Assembly: GCA_004284765.1 (NCBI GenBank)
Contig: NQJD01000002.1
Span: 90,001 to 122,000, forward strand
Direction of reading: 5' to 3'
Length of the DNA stretch: 32,000 nucleotides
Origin: Candidatus Electronema aureum
Lineage (GTDB): Bacteria; Desulfobacterota; Desulfobulbia; Desulfobulbales; Desulfobulbaceae
The position numbers and the translations under genes are program-made. Of this stretch, positions 6,284-16,756 are shown in pieces. The notes under the pieces are model-generated. The model was not told the DNA's origin and ran no database searches. It saw nothing but the letters and a program-made list of their open reading frames with translations. Every line of letters begins with the position of its first letter. Positions within the stretch are counted from its first letter, which is position 1.

Positions 6284-7174
6284 TCATGCGGTGATCTCTG
6301 TGCCGCTGCCTTTGTGGGTGAAGATTTCTAACAGGATGGCGTGTTCCTGCCGTCCGTCGATGATGTGGGCCTTATTCACCCCGCCGTTGATGGCTGAGGC
6401 GCAGCAGCGCAGCTTGGGAATCATGCCGCCCTTGATCACGCTGTCGCTGATGAGCTGCTCGATGGAGGAAACCGCGATGGAGGAAATGAGCTGTCCTTGG
6501 CTGTCCTTCACTCCTTCCACGTCAGTCAGCAAGATCAGCTTGCTTGCCTTCAGCTCGGCAGCGATAGCACCAGCCACCAAATCAGCATTGATATTATACG
6601 CCTGACCGTCCTCACCCACGCCCACAGGCGCGATCACCGGAATGAAGTCCTTTGAGGCGAGAGTGGTAAGGATTTCCGGGTTGATGTGCGTTACTTCACC
6701 CACCCGACCCAAGTCGATCAGCTCTGGCGGTGCATTCTCTGTCTCTGGTTTGCCGAGTATTTTCATCTTCTTCGCTTGGACTAAATCACCGTCCCGCCCT
6801 GATAAACCTACCGCTCTGCCGCCGCAGTGGTTGATCAGGCCAACGATCTCTTTGTTGACCTTGCCCACCAGCACCATCTCGACCACATCCATAGTCGGGC
6901 CGTCTGTGACCCGCATCCCCTGCACATAGCTGGAAGTGATCTGCATCTTCTTCAGGAATTCGTTGATCTGCGGGCCGCCGCCGTGTACCACCACCGGATT
7001 AATCCCGATGTACTTGAGCAGGATGATATCTAAGGCAAAGTTCTTCTTCAACTCCTCATCCACCATCGCGTGGCCACCGTACTTGATCACTACGGTTTTC
7101 CCGTTGAACTCACGAAGATAGGGCAAGGATTCAATCAGTACCTTTGCCTTGGTAATTTCGTTCTGCATGATCAT
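6284..7174 (-). CDS. argB: Acetylglutamate kinase
   Basis: The motifs [22 protein letters not shown] and AYNINAD are typical of the amino-acid kinase family ArgB. The start may be at 7168 (MQNEI). Confidence 0.95.
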   Translation of the reverse strand: MIMQNEITKAKVLIESLPYLREFNGKTVVIKYGGHAMVDEELKKNFALDIILLKYIGINPVVVHGGGPQINEFLKKMQITSSYVQGMRVTDGPTMDVVEMVLVGKVNKEIVGLINHCGGRAVGLSGRDGDLVQAKKMKILGKPETENAPPELIDLGRVGEVTHINPEILTTLASKDFIPVIAPVGVGEDGQAYNINADLVAGAIAAELKASKLILLTDVEGVKDSQGQLISSIAVSSIEQLISDSVIKGGMIPKLRCCASAINGGVNKAHIIDGRQEHAILLEIFTHKGSGTEITA

Positions 7175-7353
7175 GCTCTCCTTAGTTAAATAGGGTGCGT
7201 TCTGGCTACCTCATCAGGTAGGCACGTTCGCGTCATCGACAGTTTTTCGTCTGCGAACAGGGAGATAGAAAAACTTTACATTTTCCGGTGAACCCTGTAT
7301 CCTGTACGCTCCTGCGTAGAAGCAGACGTTTGTGCAACACCATCTTATAAAAC

Positions 7354-7914
7354 ATGATTCAGATAGGGGCAACAATGTATTTTTTCCCATTATCCCTTCG
7401 GCAACCGGCAACGGCAGCCTTGTTTAGTCTGCTGATCCTTTTGAACGCCTCTGCCTCCTTTGCCAAGGACGAGGCACCGATCAATATCGAAGCCGACCGC
7501 ATGATTTCCCAAGAGAACAAGAACACGGTCGTTTTCATCGGGAACGTCGAAGCGAGTCAAGGCAAAGTCACCATCCGCGCTGATGAAATGACTGTGCAAT
7601 ACGAGGAAAGTGCATCGAACAAAGGTGGTAAAGCAGCGGACAAACCTGAAAAGGGCAAGTCCAGCAAGGTGAAAAGTCTGATCTGTATCGGCAAAGTGGA
7701 AGTCACTCAAGGAGACTGGCTCGGCACCGGCGAAAAGATGGAGTATGTTGCCGCCGAGCGCAAGGTGGTTCTCAGCGGCAATGCCAAAGCCTTGCAAGAT
7801 AAGAACATGGTTTTCGGCAAAACTATCACCTATTATTTAGACGAAAAACGCTCTGTGGTTGAGAACGGCAGCGGAGAGACAACAGGACGGGTGAAGGCGG
7901 TCATTCAGCAATAG
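7354..7914 (+). CDS. lptA: LPS export periplasmic protein LptA (OstA-like)
   Basis: It has a signal-peptide-like N-terminus (ALFSLLILLNASASFA) and the OstA pattern INIEADRM..FIGNVEASQG..VVLSGNAKALQDKNMVFGKTITYYL. It sits directly upstream of lptB. The start could be the internal M at 7375. Confidence 0.8.
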   Translation: MIQIGATMYFFPLSLRQPATAALFSLLILLNASASFAKDEAPINIEADRMISQENKNTVVFIGNVEASQGKVTIRADEMTVQYEESASNKGGKAADKPEKGKSSKVKSLICIGKVEVTQGDWLGTGEKMEYVAAERKVVLSGNAKALQDKNMVFGKTITYYLDEKRSVVENGSGETTGRVKAVIQQ

Positions 7915-7924
7915 TAGCAGCGGC

Positions 7925-8659
7925 ATGATGATGGAACCCTCAATCTTGGAGACCAGAAATCTGGTGAAGGAATATCGCACCCGGCGGGTGGTTGATCAAG
8001 TCAGCCTTCAGGTGCGAAGCGGCTCCATTGTCGGTCTGCTGGGACCAAACGGAGCAGGTAAGACCACCACCTTTTACTCGATTGTTGGCTTTATTCGGCC
8101 CAGCTCTGGTTCCGTTCTGTTAGACGGTGAGGAAATCGGCGACATGCCCATTCATCAGCGGGCCGCCAAAGGCATCACCTATTTAGCGCAAGAACCGTCG
8201 GTCTTCAAGAAGCTGACCGTGGAGGAGAATGTCCGCATCGTCCTTGAGCCGCTCGGTCTAAGCAGCAACGAAATCCGCCAGCGTATCCGCGAGCTGATGG
8301 CCGAGCTGAAGATCGAACATCTATCCCAGAATAAAGGCCACGCGTTATCTGGCGGCGAACGGCGACGGGTGGAGATCATGCGGGCCTTGGCAGTGCGGCC
8401 TCGCTTCATTCTTCTCGACGAGCCGTTTGCCGGGGTTGATCCGCTCTCTGTGGCGGATTTACAGCAGATCATCCGTGTTCTCAAAGCCAAGGGTCTCGGC
8501 ATTCTTATTTCCGATCACAACGTGCGCGAGACCCTTCAGGTTTGCGACTTTGCGTACATCATGAACGAAGGCCAGATTCTCACCAGCGGCGCAGCGGGCG
8601 ACATCATCCGCAGCGAGCTGGCCAAGAAAATGTACCTCGGCGAAAACTTTACTCTGTAG
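7925..8659 (+). CDS. lptB: LPS export ABC transporter ATP-binding protein LptB
   Basis: Walker A GPNGAGKTT, ABC signature LSGGERRR and Walker B ILLDEP are present. It occupies the conserved position between lptA and rpoN. Confidence 0.9.
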   Translation: MMMEPSILETRNLVKEYRTRRVVDQVSLQVRSGSIVGLLGPNGAGKTTTFYSIVGFIRPSSGSVLLDGEEIGDMPIHQRAAKGITYLAQEPSVFKKLTVEENVRIVLEPLGLSSNEIRQRIRELMAELKIEHLSQNKGHALSGGERRRVEIMRALAVRPRFILLDEPFAGVDPLSVADLQQIIRVLKAKGLGILISDHNVRETLQVCDFAYIMNEGQILTSGAAGDIIRSELAKKMYLGENFTL

Positions 8660-8675
8660 AATCTGGTCGCCACGC

Positions 8676-10115
8676 ATGAGCATTGAACTCCGCCAGCAGA
8701 TGAAGCTGGCCCAGAAGCTGCTCATGACGCAGCAGCTCCGGCAGGCGATCAAGCTGCTCCAGCTCAACCGGCTGGAGTTGGTTGGCGCACTTCAGACTGA
8801 GATGGAGCAAAATCCCGTACTGGAAGAAGCCGTGAGCGAGGATGTGGACACGGACATCTCGCTGATTGAGGAAACAGGTGAAGGCAGCGAAGCTCCGATC
8901 ACAGCGCAAGTGGCCGGTGATAATCCCGTCGCCGTGGCTGAGGTGAATTGGGAAGACTACGCCAATAACTTTGATGCAGATTTTTCCTTTGCTCACGAAA
9001 CTCCTGCCGCTGATGCGCCTTCCCGCCTTGATTTTCTTGCCGCCACACCGGGTCTGCTTGCCTTTCTCGCGTGGCAGCTCACCCATCTGAAGCTGACCGA
9101 GTTAGATTTAGACATTGCTCGCTTTATTCTCGGCAATTTAGACGGCCACGGCTTTTTAGACGCAGACCTTGCTGATATCTGTCAGCACGTTAGCTGCACC
9201 GAAGAAGAGGCCGAGGGAATGCTGCGGTTGGTGCAGAGCCTTGATCCTCCGGGCGTAGCAGCGCGGAGCGTACAAGAATCGCTGCTCCTTCAGTTAGAGC
9301 GGCAAGGTATGGAGGATAAGCTTCCCTATCGCGTTGTCGCTGATTTCTTCACCGAGTTGGAAAGCCACAACTTTGCCGAAATCGCTCGCCGCACCGGTAC
9401 TCCTCTTCGAGAAGTACAAAAAACCGCAGGCATCATCGCTGGGCTGGTGCCTTATCCGGGCAACCAGTACAGCAACGAGCAGATACGACATATCGTGCCA
9501 GATGTGTATGTATTTCAATTTGACGATGAATTCGTGGTGCAGCTGAACAGCGATGAGCTACCACAACTTCAGCTTTCTGCCTCATATCATGATGCAATGA
9601 TTAAGCAGCTGCCCCAAGACTCAAAAGAATATCTCCAAGAAAAAAAGCGCAACGCGCAGATGCTGATCAGTGCCCTTCATTATCGGCAGAACACCATCAG
9701 CAAGGTGATGGAGAGCATCGTCCGTCATCAGCGGGAGTTTTTTGAAAAGGGACCGAGCTTTCTCCGACCATTAGTTCTCAGTGATGTTGCCCAAGATATC
9801 GGTGTGCATGAATCGACGGTCAGCCGGGTAACATCAAACAAATACGTCGAAACCCCGCAGGGCATTTATGAGTTGAAATATTTCTTCTCCACCGCAGCAG
9901 CAGAAGGGGAGAATGGCGATGAATTGACTTCGGTTTCGATCAAGCAGCGCATTGGCCAGCTCGTGCGCCAAGAAAATCCGGCCAAACCTCTCAGTGACAG
10001 CAAATTGACTGAGTTGCTGGAGCAGGAGGGTATCAAACTGGCGAGGCGTACCGTTGCCAAATACCGTGAGCAGATGAAAATTATGCCGGTTCAGCACCGT
10101 CGCAGTAAGGGCTGA
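8676..10115 (+). CDS. rpoN: RNA polymerase sigma-54 factor
   Basis: The N-terminal Gln/Leu-rich region (LRQQMKLAQKLLMTQQLRQAIKLLQL) and the C-terminal RpoN box (ARRTVAKYREQM) are both present. Confidence 0.95.
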   Translation: MSIELRQQMKLAQKLLMTQQLRQAIKLLQLNRLELVGALQTEMEQNPVLEEAVSEDVDTDISLIEETGEGSEAPITAQVAGDNPVAVAEVNWEDYANNFDADFSFAHETPAADAPSRLDFLAATPGLLAFLAWQLTHLKLTELDLDIARFILGNLDGHGFLDADLADICQHVSCTEEEAEGMLRLVQSLDPPGVAARSVQESLLLQLERQGMEDKLPYRVVADFFTELESHNFAEIARRTGTPLREVQKTAGIIAGLVPYPGNQYSNEQIRHIVPDVYVFQFDDEFVVQLNSDELPQLQLSASYHDAMIKQLPQDSKEYLQEKKRNAQMLISALHYRQNTISKVMESIVRHQREFFEKGPSFLRPLVLSDVAQDIGVHESTVSRVTSNKYVETPQGIYELKYFFSTAAAEGENGDELTSVSIKQRIGQLVRQENPAKPLSDSKLTELLEQEGIKLARRTVAKYREQMKIMPVQHRRSKG

Positions 10116-10150
10116 CCGAACGCATTCTTCCAACACAACAAAGAAACTTG

Positions 10151-10591
10151 ATGGCAGAACTGACCGAAGAAAGCATCATTCTTGAACTGAAGGCACGAAG
10201 CAAAGACGAGCTGCTTTATGAGCTGGCAACAGTCGCGCAACGGCAGTGTCCGCACCTACAGACCGAAGCAGTACGCCAAGTATTGTTGGAGCGCGAACAA
10301 ATCGGCTCCACCGGAGTAGGCAATGGAATTGCTATTCCACACGGTAAATTGCCTGATTTGCACAAGCTGCTGCTCTGCTTCGGTAGATCGGTCAGAGGTA
10401 TTCCTTTTGAAGCCAAAGACAGAATGCCAGTGCATCTTTTTGTGATGATTCTTTCGCCAGCAGAGATGGCAGCGGAATATCTTCAGACACTCGGTGGAAT
10501 CAGCAGAGTGCTGAAGGACGAAGGCAACCGAGGCAAGCTGCTTCAGGCGGCGAGCGTAGAAACAGTGCAGCAGCTCTTCGCTATCATTTGA
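10151..10591 (+). CDS. ptsN: PTS IIA-like nitrogen regulatory protein (EIIA-Ntr)
   Basis: It has an EIIA-2 fold pattern with the phospho-His context GIAIPHGK and lies downstream of rpoN. The ATG at 10151 is preferred over the TTG at 10148. Confidence 0.8.
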   Translation: MAELTEESIILELKARSKDELLYELATVAQRQCPHLQTEAVRQVLLEREQIGSTGVGNGIAIPHGKLPDLHKLLLCFGRSVRGIPFEAKDRMPVHLFVMILSPAEMAAEYLQTLGGISRVLKDEGNRGKLLQAASVETVQQLFAII

Positions 10592-10655
10592 CATTTATGT
10601 ACAGCCAGCCGAGCTAAAACCGGCATCATCGTCTGACCTTTTTCCCCGCATTTTC

Positions 10656-11990
10656 TTGAGCAGCACGACCTGTAGAACCGTCGCAGTCGTCACCCTTGGC
10701 TGCAAGGTCAATCAATTTGAGTCAGCAGCCTTTCTGGCTGGGTTTCAAGAGCAAGGCTGCGAAATCGTGCCTGCCTCGGCCCCAACAGATATTTTTGTTA
10801 TCAATACCTGCGCTGTTACTGCCCGCGCCAGCCAAGAATCGCGCCAGCTGATCCGGCGAATTGCGCGAGACAACCCAGAGGCTCGCCTTGTAGTGACAGG
10901 TTGCTATGCCGAAATCGCTGCTGCGGACTTGCAAGACCTCGTTCCAGAACGTCAGCTGATTGTGGTCGGTAATGCAGCCAAGCATTTAGCAATCAGTGCA
11001 GCACTGGGCGAGGAAGAAGACCAGAATCTGCTGCCAGAGATTGGTACAGCACGGGAAATTTGCCTGCTGCCGTTAGTACACCGTTTCAGTGGCAGGACTC
11101 GCGCTTTTCTCCGCATTCAGGACGGTTGCAATAACTTTTGCTCCTACTGCATCGTTCCATACACCAGAGGCCGTAGCCGCAGCCTGCCATTAGCCGACGT
11201 GCTAACGCAGGCTCGTGTCTTTATCGAGGAAGGCTGCCGAGAAATCATCGTTACTGGCATCAATGTGGGGAAATACGGTCTTGATTTGACCGAGGGCAAA
11301 GACATTTATTCTTTGCTCGAAACGCTGTGCCGAGCATTCCCCCGCGTCCGTATTCGCCTGAGTTCAGTGGAGCCAACCGAGGTCAACGCCCGCTTGCTGG
11401 AACTGTTGACCTCGCACTCGAATTTCATGCCTCATCTGCACATCCCCCTGCAAAGCGGCGACAGCGGCATTTTATCGCGAATGAATCGGCACTACACAGC
11501 AGAGACCTTTGCCGCCGCCGTGGAAAAAGTTCATGCAGTCGTACCCAATGCGGCGATTGGCTGCGATATTTTAGCTGGCTTCCCCGGAGAAGACGATCAG
11601 GCCGCTGATAACGGCTATCGACTGCTCGCTGATCTGCCAGTGACGTATCTGCACGTCTTTCCCTACTCAATTCGACCGGGTACGGCAGCAGCGAAGTTTC
11701 CTGACCACGTGCCTGCGGCGGTCAAAGAGGAGCGGGTGGCTCGGCTGCGCAATCTTGATCAAGCAAAACGGACAGCCTTTTCTCAGCGGTACCTTGGTAC
11801 AGAGCAGCAGGTTTTAGTCGAGCGAAAAGGCCCGAAAGCCAAATTGCTCAAAGGTTTCACAGAAAACTACATCTCGGTACACTTCAGAGGGACAGCCAAT
11901 CGTGCAGGAATAGTCGTGCCTGTCCGGTTAAGCGAAATCAGGGATGGCGTGGTGTTAGGTGAATTGATCGAAAAGGAGGAGGAGGCATGA
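10656..11990 (+). CDS. mtaB: Radical-SAM methylthiotransferase of the MiaB/MtaB family (MtaB-like)
   Basis: It has an N-terminal UPF0004 Cys pattern (TLGCKVNQFES..INTCAVT), a radical-SAM CNNFCSYCIVP motif and a C-terminal TRAM-like segment. The start codon (TTG at 10656) is uncertain. Confidence 0.8.
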   Translation: MSSTTCRTVAVVTLGCKVNQFESAAFLAGFQEQGCEIVPASAPTDIFVINTCAVTARASQESRQLIRRIARDNPEARLVVTGCYAEIAAADLQDLVPERQLIVVGNAAKHLAISAALGEEEDQNLLPEIGTAREICLLPLVHRFSGRTRAFLRIQDGCNNFCSYCIVPYTRGRSRSLPLADVLTQARVFIEEGCREIIVTGINVGKYGLDLTEGKDIYSLLETLCRAFPRVRIRLSSVEPTEVNARLLELLTSHSNFMPHLHIPLQSGDSGILSRMNRHYTAETFAAAVEKVHAVVPNAAIGCDILAGFPGEDDQAADNGYRLLADLPVTYLHVFPYSIRPGTAAAKFPDHVPAAVKEERVARLRNLDQAKRTAFSQRYLGTEQQVLVERKGPKAKLLKGFTENYISVHFRGTANRAGIVVPVRLSEIRDGVVLGELIEKEEEA

Positions 11991-13228
11991 TTGGAGAAAT
12001 CATTGCTGTGGGCGACGAATTGACCACGGGCCGGATCATCAACACCACCAGTGCGTTTGCGGCCCGACAGCTTTTTCTCGCGGGGCATACGGTGGCTGCT
12101 ATGCACACCATCGGTGATACGCCCAAGCTGATTGGTGAGGTTCTGAAACGAGCGGTTGGACGAGCGGACTTTGTTCTTGTCACTGGTGGGTTAGGAGCGA
12201 CCACAGATGACCTAACGAATGAAGCAACTGCCGAGGCTCTGGAACGTCCTGCTACCTTGCACCCAGAAATTTTGGAGAAAATTCACGCTCGACCTTGGGG
12301 AGATGTCCGTGCGTTGGAAAAATTGGCGTGGCTGCCTCAAGGAGCTGAAGTGCTGAACGCAGAAGCGCGCATGGCTGGACATTTGCTGGTGCATGAGACT
12401 GTGCCGGTCTTTTTTCTGCCTGGTGTTCCGATGCAGGCGGAAAAATTGCTGACAGAGATTGTTCTACCGAGGCTGAATGATTGGTGCGGCGGCAGCCATA
12501 GCGCGGTGCGGACGCGGCTGTATAGGACTATTGGCTTGTCCGAATGCGAGATCAATCAGTGGCTGCTGACCTTAGAGCAGGAAGCGCAGATAACTATAGG
12601 TTATTATCCAGTCGGTGGCGAGGTACAGGTCAGCTTGACGGTGGCGGCGAGCAGCGAGGCAGCAGCGGACAACCTGTTCAACGCTGCTGATCAACGCATT
12701 CGGCTCATATTAGGAGAGTATCTCTATGGTACTGATCAAGAAACGCTGGCGCAAATCGTTGGCCAGTTGCTGTGGGAGAACAAGCTCCTGCTTGCCACAG
12801 CAGAATCCTGCACTGGCGGGCTGATCGGTGCAAAAATCACAGCAGTGCCGGGCAGTTTAGCTTGGTTTGCGGGTGGAGTGGTGGCTTATTCTAATCAGCT
12901 CAAAGAAAAGCTGCTCAATGTGGATGCTGAATTGCTCCGCAAACACGGCGCGGTGAGCGAGCCGGTGGCTGAGGCGATGGCTACAGGGTTAGCTGCCCGC
13001 ACTGGCGCGGAGATTGCCGTTTCTGTGACCGGCATTGCCGGCCCGGATGGTGGTACAGTGGACAAACCGGTCGGCACGGTCTATATCGGCGTGTTTTACC
13101 AAGGCGCGGCACGAGCGAAGTTGCATCATTTCTGCGGTAGCCGGAATGAGATTCAAGAGATGACGGCCATGATGGCCTTGGATACGGTGCGGCGGGTGGT
13201 TCTCAAAACGTCGAAAGAGAGAGAATAA
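11987..13228 (+). CDS. cinA: CinA family protein (MoCF-type N-terminal domain plus nicotinamide-nucleotide amidase PncC-like C-terminal domain)
   Basis: The opening MIGEIIAVGDELTTGRIINT is typical of CinA, and the C-terminal region contains ESCTGGL..VTGIAGP. There is an ATGA start/stop overlap with mtaB. Confidence 0.85.
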   Translation: MIGEIIAVGDELTTGRIINTTSAFAARQLFLAGHTVAAMHTIGDTPKLIGEVLKRAVGRADFVLVTGGLGATTDDLTNEATAEALERPATLHPEILEKIHARPWGDVRALEKLAWLPQGAEVLNAEARMAGHLLVHETVPVFFLPGVPMQAEKLLTEIVLPRLNDWCGGSHSAVRTRLYRTIGLSECEINQWLLTLEQEAQITIGYYPVGGEVQVSLTVAASSEAAADNLFNAADQRIRLILGEYLYGTDQETLAQIVGQLLWENKLLLATAESCTGGLIGAKITAVPGSLAWFAGGVVAYSNQLKEKLLNVDAELLRKHGAVSEPVAEAMATGLAARTGAEIAVSVTGIAGPDGGTVDKPVGTVYIGVFYQGAARAKLHHFCGSRNEIQEMTAMMALDTVRRVVLKTSKERE

Positions 13229-13292
13229 AACTTCTACGCAACTCGTTCGCCGTGGCCTTACGTTTACATTGCCTCAATGCACACTTACTGTA

Positions 13293-14201
13293 ATGGATGA
13301 TTCAAAAAAGTCTCTCTTATTTCACGCCCCAGCAAAAATCAATCTTTACCTCAAGATCATCGGCAGGAGACCTGATGGCTACCATGAGATAGAAACGCTC
13401 ATGCAGAAGGTCGCGCTGTATGATGAGGTGGAGCTGTCTTTTACTGATGAGCGTGGTATTCATCTTTGCTGTCAACATGCTGACTTGCCAGAGGATGAAC
13501 GGAATATCGCTTTTCGGGCTGCCCAGCTTTTCTTAACCCACACCGGCAGTAAAGAACAGGGCATACGGATTATCTTGCGTAAGCATATTCCGATGGCAGC
13601 TGGTCTCGGTGGCGGGTCCAGCGATGCGGCAGCAGTGCTGAAAGGGCTGAATCAGCTTTTGGCGGCAGGTTGTTCCACTCAGGAGTTAGCCGAAATGGGT
13701 CTGAAACTCGGCGCAGATGTACCCTTTTTTGTCCATGATGTGCCTGCGGCATGGGCAAGTGGCATCGGCGAACGGTTGGTACCAGCGGAACCCTTGCGTG
13801 GCTTCAACGTGCTGCTGGTCAATCCAGGTATCGCGGTCTCCACCAAATGGGCGTATGAAACTTTTTCACAGGCCGCCGGGCGAATTGCATTGACATCAGC
13901 GAGGGAAAAGTTTAACATATTTAATTTTCCCGACGAATCAGGCATCCCTGTACGCCAAGGTTTTTTTCGGCCAAAGGACATGCTCAATGACCTTGAAGCC
14001 GTCACCGCAGCGCAGCACAGGGTAATCGGCAAGCTGAAGCAGCGGTTGCTACGTGCAGGTGCTGCTGGAGTCATGATGTCTGGTTCAGGTTCAACAGTGT
14101 TCGGCCTCTTTGCAGCCGGAACGGAAGCGCAAGCTGAGTCCTGTTTGCGTGAATTACAAAAAGAATACGAACAGACGTATCTGGTCGAGCCTTTGACCTG
14201 A
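13293..14201 (+). CDS. ispE: 4-diphosphocytidyl-2-C-methyl-D-erythritol kinase
   Basis: APAKINLYLKIIGRRPDGYHEIETL and the GHMP kinase motif MAAGLGGGSSDAA are present. The start is set at the ATG (MDDSKK) rather than the upstream TTG at 13269. Confidence 0.9.
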   Translation: MDDSKKSLLFHAPAKINLYLKIIGRRPDGYHEIETLMQKVALYDEVELSFTDERGIHLCCQHADLPEDERNIAFRAAQLFLTHTGSKEQGIRIILRKHIPMAAGLGGGSSDAAAVLKGLNQLLAAGCSTQELAEMGLKLGADVPFFVHDVPAAWASGIGERLVPAEPLRGFNVLLVNPGIAVSTKWAYETFSQAAGRIALTSAREKFNIFNFPDESGIPVRQGFFRPKDMLNDLEAVTAAQHRVIGKLKQRLLRAGAAGVMMSGSGSTVFGLFAAGTEAQAESCLRELQKEYEQTYLVEPLT

Positions 14202-14248
14202 GAGTCTGTTGTCTGAAGTAATTTTGATCTACTACGGAACAAAAGGAT

Positions 14249-14323
14249 TGGGGTGTCGTCAAGCGGTAAGACACAAGGTTTTGATCCTTGCATTCGGGGG
14301 TTCGAATCCTCCCGCCCCAGCCA
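14249..14323 (+). tRNA. tRNA-Gln (anticodon UUG), CCA encoded
   Basis: Manual cloverleaf: acceptor TGGGGTG/CGCCCCA, anticodon stem CAAGG/CCTTG with loop TTTTGAT (anticodon TTG), T-arm GGGGGTTCGAATCCTCC and terminal CCA. Confidence 0.95.
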
Positions 14324-14355
14324 TTTTCTGTTCTGAAAATATATGAGACGCTGAA

Positions 14356-15294
14356 ATGCCCAACATAATGAAGGTGTTCACCGGCAACGCCAATCCAGAG
14401 CTTGCGCGGGAAATCTGCAACTATCTTGACATGCCGCTCTCAAGCGCGGAAGTGAAGAAGTTCAGTGACGGCGAGATTTCAGTTGAGATCGGTGAAAATG
14501 TACGGGGCACGGATGTTTTTGTCATTCAACCGACGTGTACTCCGGTCAATGATCACTTGATGGAGTTAGTGATCATGGTCGATGCGCTGCGGCGGGCCTC
14601 AGCACGGCGAATTACTGCCGTCCTGCCTTATTACGGTTATGCCCGGCAAGATCGCAAAATTCGACCTCGCGTACCTATCACTGCTAAGGCAGTAGCTGAG
14701 ATGTTGATGGCCGTAGGTACTCGTCGGGCCTTGTGCATGGACCTTCATGCTGGCCAAATTCAAGGTTTCTTCAATATTCCGGTTGATCATTTGTATTCTT
14801 CGCCGATCATGCTGGAACACATCAGGAAGAATTTTGAAGATGTAGTCATGGTCTCGCCAGATGCAGGCGGGGTCGAGCGCACTCGTGCCTTTGCCAAGCG
14901 ATTGAACGCTGATTTAGCCATCATCGACAAGCGAAGAGAGCGGGCCAATGAATGCGAAGCGATGAACGTCATCGGCAACGTAAGCGGCAAAACTGCGATT
15001 TTACTTGATGACATGGTCGATACCGCAGGCACTCTGTGCGGTGCAGCGGCCAAGCTGATGGAAAATGGGGCCAAAGAAGTTCATGCCTGCTGTTCTCATG
15101 CTGTCCTTTCTGGTCCAGCCATTGAGCGACTCAACAACTCGGCAATTCAGTCGTTGGTAGTGACCAACTCCATTCCTCTTGGCGACAAAGGCGAACGCTG
15201 CGGCAAAATTAAAGTGCTGTCAGTGGGCGAGCTACTCGGCGAGGCGATCAGCCGCATCCATTCGGAAGACTCGGTCAGCTATCTCTTTGTCTGA
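14356..15294 (+). CDS. prs: Ribose-phosphate pyrophosphokinase
   Basis: The opening is [13 protein letters not shown], with [10 protein letters not shown] and the PRPP-binding loop [12 protein letters not shown]. Confidence 0.95.
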   Translation: MPNIMKVFTGNANPELAREICNYLDMPLSSAEVKKFSDGEISVEIGENVRGTDVFVIQPTCTPVNDHLMELVIMVDALRRASARRITAVLPYYGYARQDRKIRPRVPITAKAVAEMLMAVGTRRALCMDLHAGQIQGFFNIPVDHLYSSPIMLEHIRKNFEDVVMVSPDAGGVERTRAFAKRLNADLAIIDKRRERANECEAMNVIGNVSGKTAILLDDMVDTAGTLCGAAAKLMENGAKEVHACCSHAVLSGPAIERLNNSAIQSLVVTNSIPLGDKGERCGKIKVLSVGELLGEAISRIHSEDSVSYLFV

Positions 15295-15378
15295 GCTGTC
15301 CTGAATAACTGCTGAGAAGTGCCGATAGCTGTTTATGTCGGCCTCTTCTTGATATATTTTGATGAAAGGGAGAATATT

Positions 15379-15927
15379 ATGCTTCAGGTGAACATGTCGG
15401 CCGTCAAGCGGACGGCTCTTGGAAAAGGTGAATGTCGGCGGATGCGCATGGCCAAGAAAACTCCGGCAGTGGTATATGGTAAGGGTGATGTAGCAGTACC
15501 CCTTCAGTTCGATGAGGCGGTGCTGTATAAAGACCTGCTCTTCATTCACCGCCGTAATGCCGTCGTTACGCTGGATATTGAAGGGGACAAGCGTCATGCT
15601 GTAGTGCAAGAAATTCAAAAGTCACCGACTGTTGAGCAGGTGCTACATGTTGATTTCTTGGAGATTGAGTTAGACAAACCAGTGGCTCTGCATGTGCCCC
15701 TGCGTTTGACCGGCGTGGCCAAGGGCGTGGAATTCGGCGGTGAGCTGACAGTGGCCAAGGAATCAGTGATATTGCGCGGTTGCCCGTTAGATATTCCCGA
15801 TGAGATCGTCGCTGACATAACCGAATTAGATAAGGGCGGCGTGGGTCTTGCGTGTGCTGATCTTGTTCTCCCTGCGAAGGTGGAGTTGCTTGATGATCCG
15901 GCTCAGGTTTGTGTATCCGTGATCTAA
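15379..15927 (+). CDS. rplY: 50S ribosomal protein L25 / general stress protein Ctc
   Basis: GKGECRRMRMAKKTPAVVYGKG matches the L25/Ctc N-terminus. GGGAG lies upstream of the ATG at 15379. It occupies the conserved prs-rplY-pth position. Confidence 0.85.
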   Translation: MLQVNMSAVKRTALGKGECRRMRMAKKTPAVVYGKGDVAVPLQFDEAVLYKDLLFIHRRNAVVTLDIEGDKRHAVVQEIQKSPTVEQVLHVDFLEIELDKPVALHVPLRLTGVAKGVEFGGELTVAKESVILRGCPLDIPDEIVADITELDKGGVGLACADLVLPAKVELLDDPAQVCVSVI

Positions 15928-15981
15928 GTAGCTGTCGATGTGCCGCCCGCGCTGTTCAAGCGCAGGCTTTACGTGCTATTT

Positions 15982-16018
15982 AACCGAAAGAAGGCTTTGC
16001 TTTCTTTCGGTTTTTTTA
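15982..16018 (+). terminator. Rho-independent terminator after rplY
   Basis: An 11-bp perfect stem AACCGAAAGAA/TTCTTTCGGTT with a 9-nt loop, followed by TTTTT. Confidence 0.8.
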
Positions 16019-16036
16019 TGCAAAAAGGTGTGAGCT

Positions 16037-16639
16037 ATGAGCAACAGCGGACATCTGATCATCGGACTGGGCAATCCCGGGCCGCAGTACGAACTGACCC
16101 GGCACAACGCCGGTTTTCTTGCTGTGGATTACGTTGCCGCTCAACGCGGCTGGTCACTGAACGCAGAGAAATGGCAGGGTATCTACGGTAGCGGACGGCT
16201 AGGAGCGGACCGCGTCTTCTTAGTTAAACCGCAGACCTTTATGAACCTTTCCGGTGAATGCGTGGCTCGCTTTGTTGATTTTCATCGCATCGGGATAGAG
16301 CAGATATTGGTGTTACACGACGATCTTGATTTGCCGATGGGGCGGATCAAAGTAGCGGCCAAGGGCGGGGCTGGGGGGCACAACGGTATTCGTTCGCTGA
16401 TTCAGCATCTCGGTGGTTCTGATTTCACCCGGCTCAAGATCGGCATAGGTCGTCCACCGCGCAACGAGCAGGGAATGCCGGTTGATCGTTATGTGCTGTC
16501 GGCCTTCAGCGAGGAAGAATTAGCCGGATTCAACAGCCGCCTGCCGCTTATTCAGGAAGCGGTCGAGCTGTTTATTGAACAAGGCGCAGGCCATTGCATG
16601 AATAGAATCAACGGCCTCGTTGCTGAAAAGAAGCTGTAG
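16037..16639 (+). CDS. pth: Peptidyl-tRNA hydrolase
   Basis: LIIGLGNPGPQYELTRHNAGF and GHNGIRS are canonical Pth motifs. Confidence 0.95.
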   Translation: MSNSGHLIIGLGNPGPQYELTRHNAGFLAVDYVAAQRGWSLNAEKWQGIYGSGRLGADRVFLVKPQTFMNLSGECVARFVDFHRIGIEQILVLHDDLDLPMGRIKVAAKGGAGGHNGIRSLIQHLGGSDFTRLKIGIGRPPRNEQGMPVDRYVLSAFSEEELAGFNSRLPLIQEAVELFIEQGAGHCMNRINGLVAEKKL

Positions 16640-16756
16640 AAATAATGATCTGTATCTTCAATTTCCTTGATTTGCCACAATTGAAAAAATATGCTATCCT
16701 GTTCAGCCGTAGCTGTTTTCCAATTTGTCTGCAAATTGTGGTCAGCCGGGGTTATC

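Noticed and set aside
10116-10150. The absence of an hpf/raiA gene between rpoN and ptsN.
   Set aside because: Gene content downstream of rpoN varies among lineages. The 35-nt gap shows no gene remnant, so this is not informative on its own.
13679-14293. A 204-aa minus-strand ORF overlapping ispE and the tRNA-Gln gene.
   Set aside because: It is antisense to ispE and runs through a tRNA, so it is not credible as a gene.
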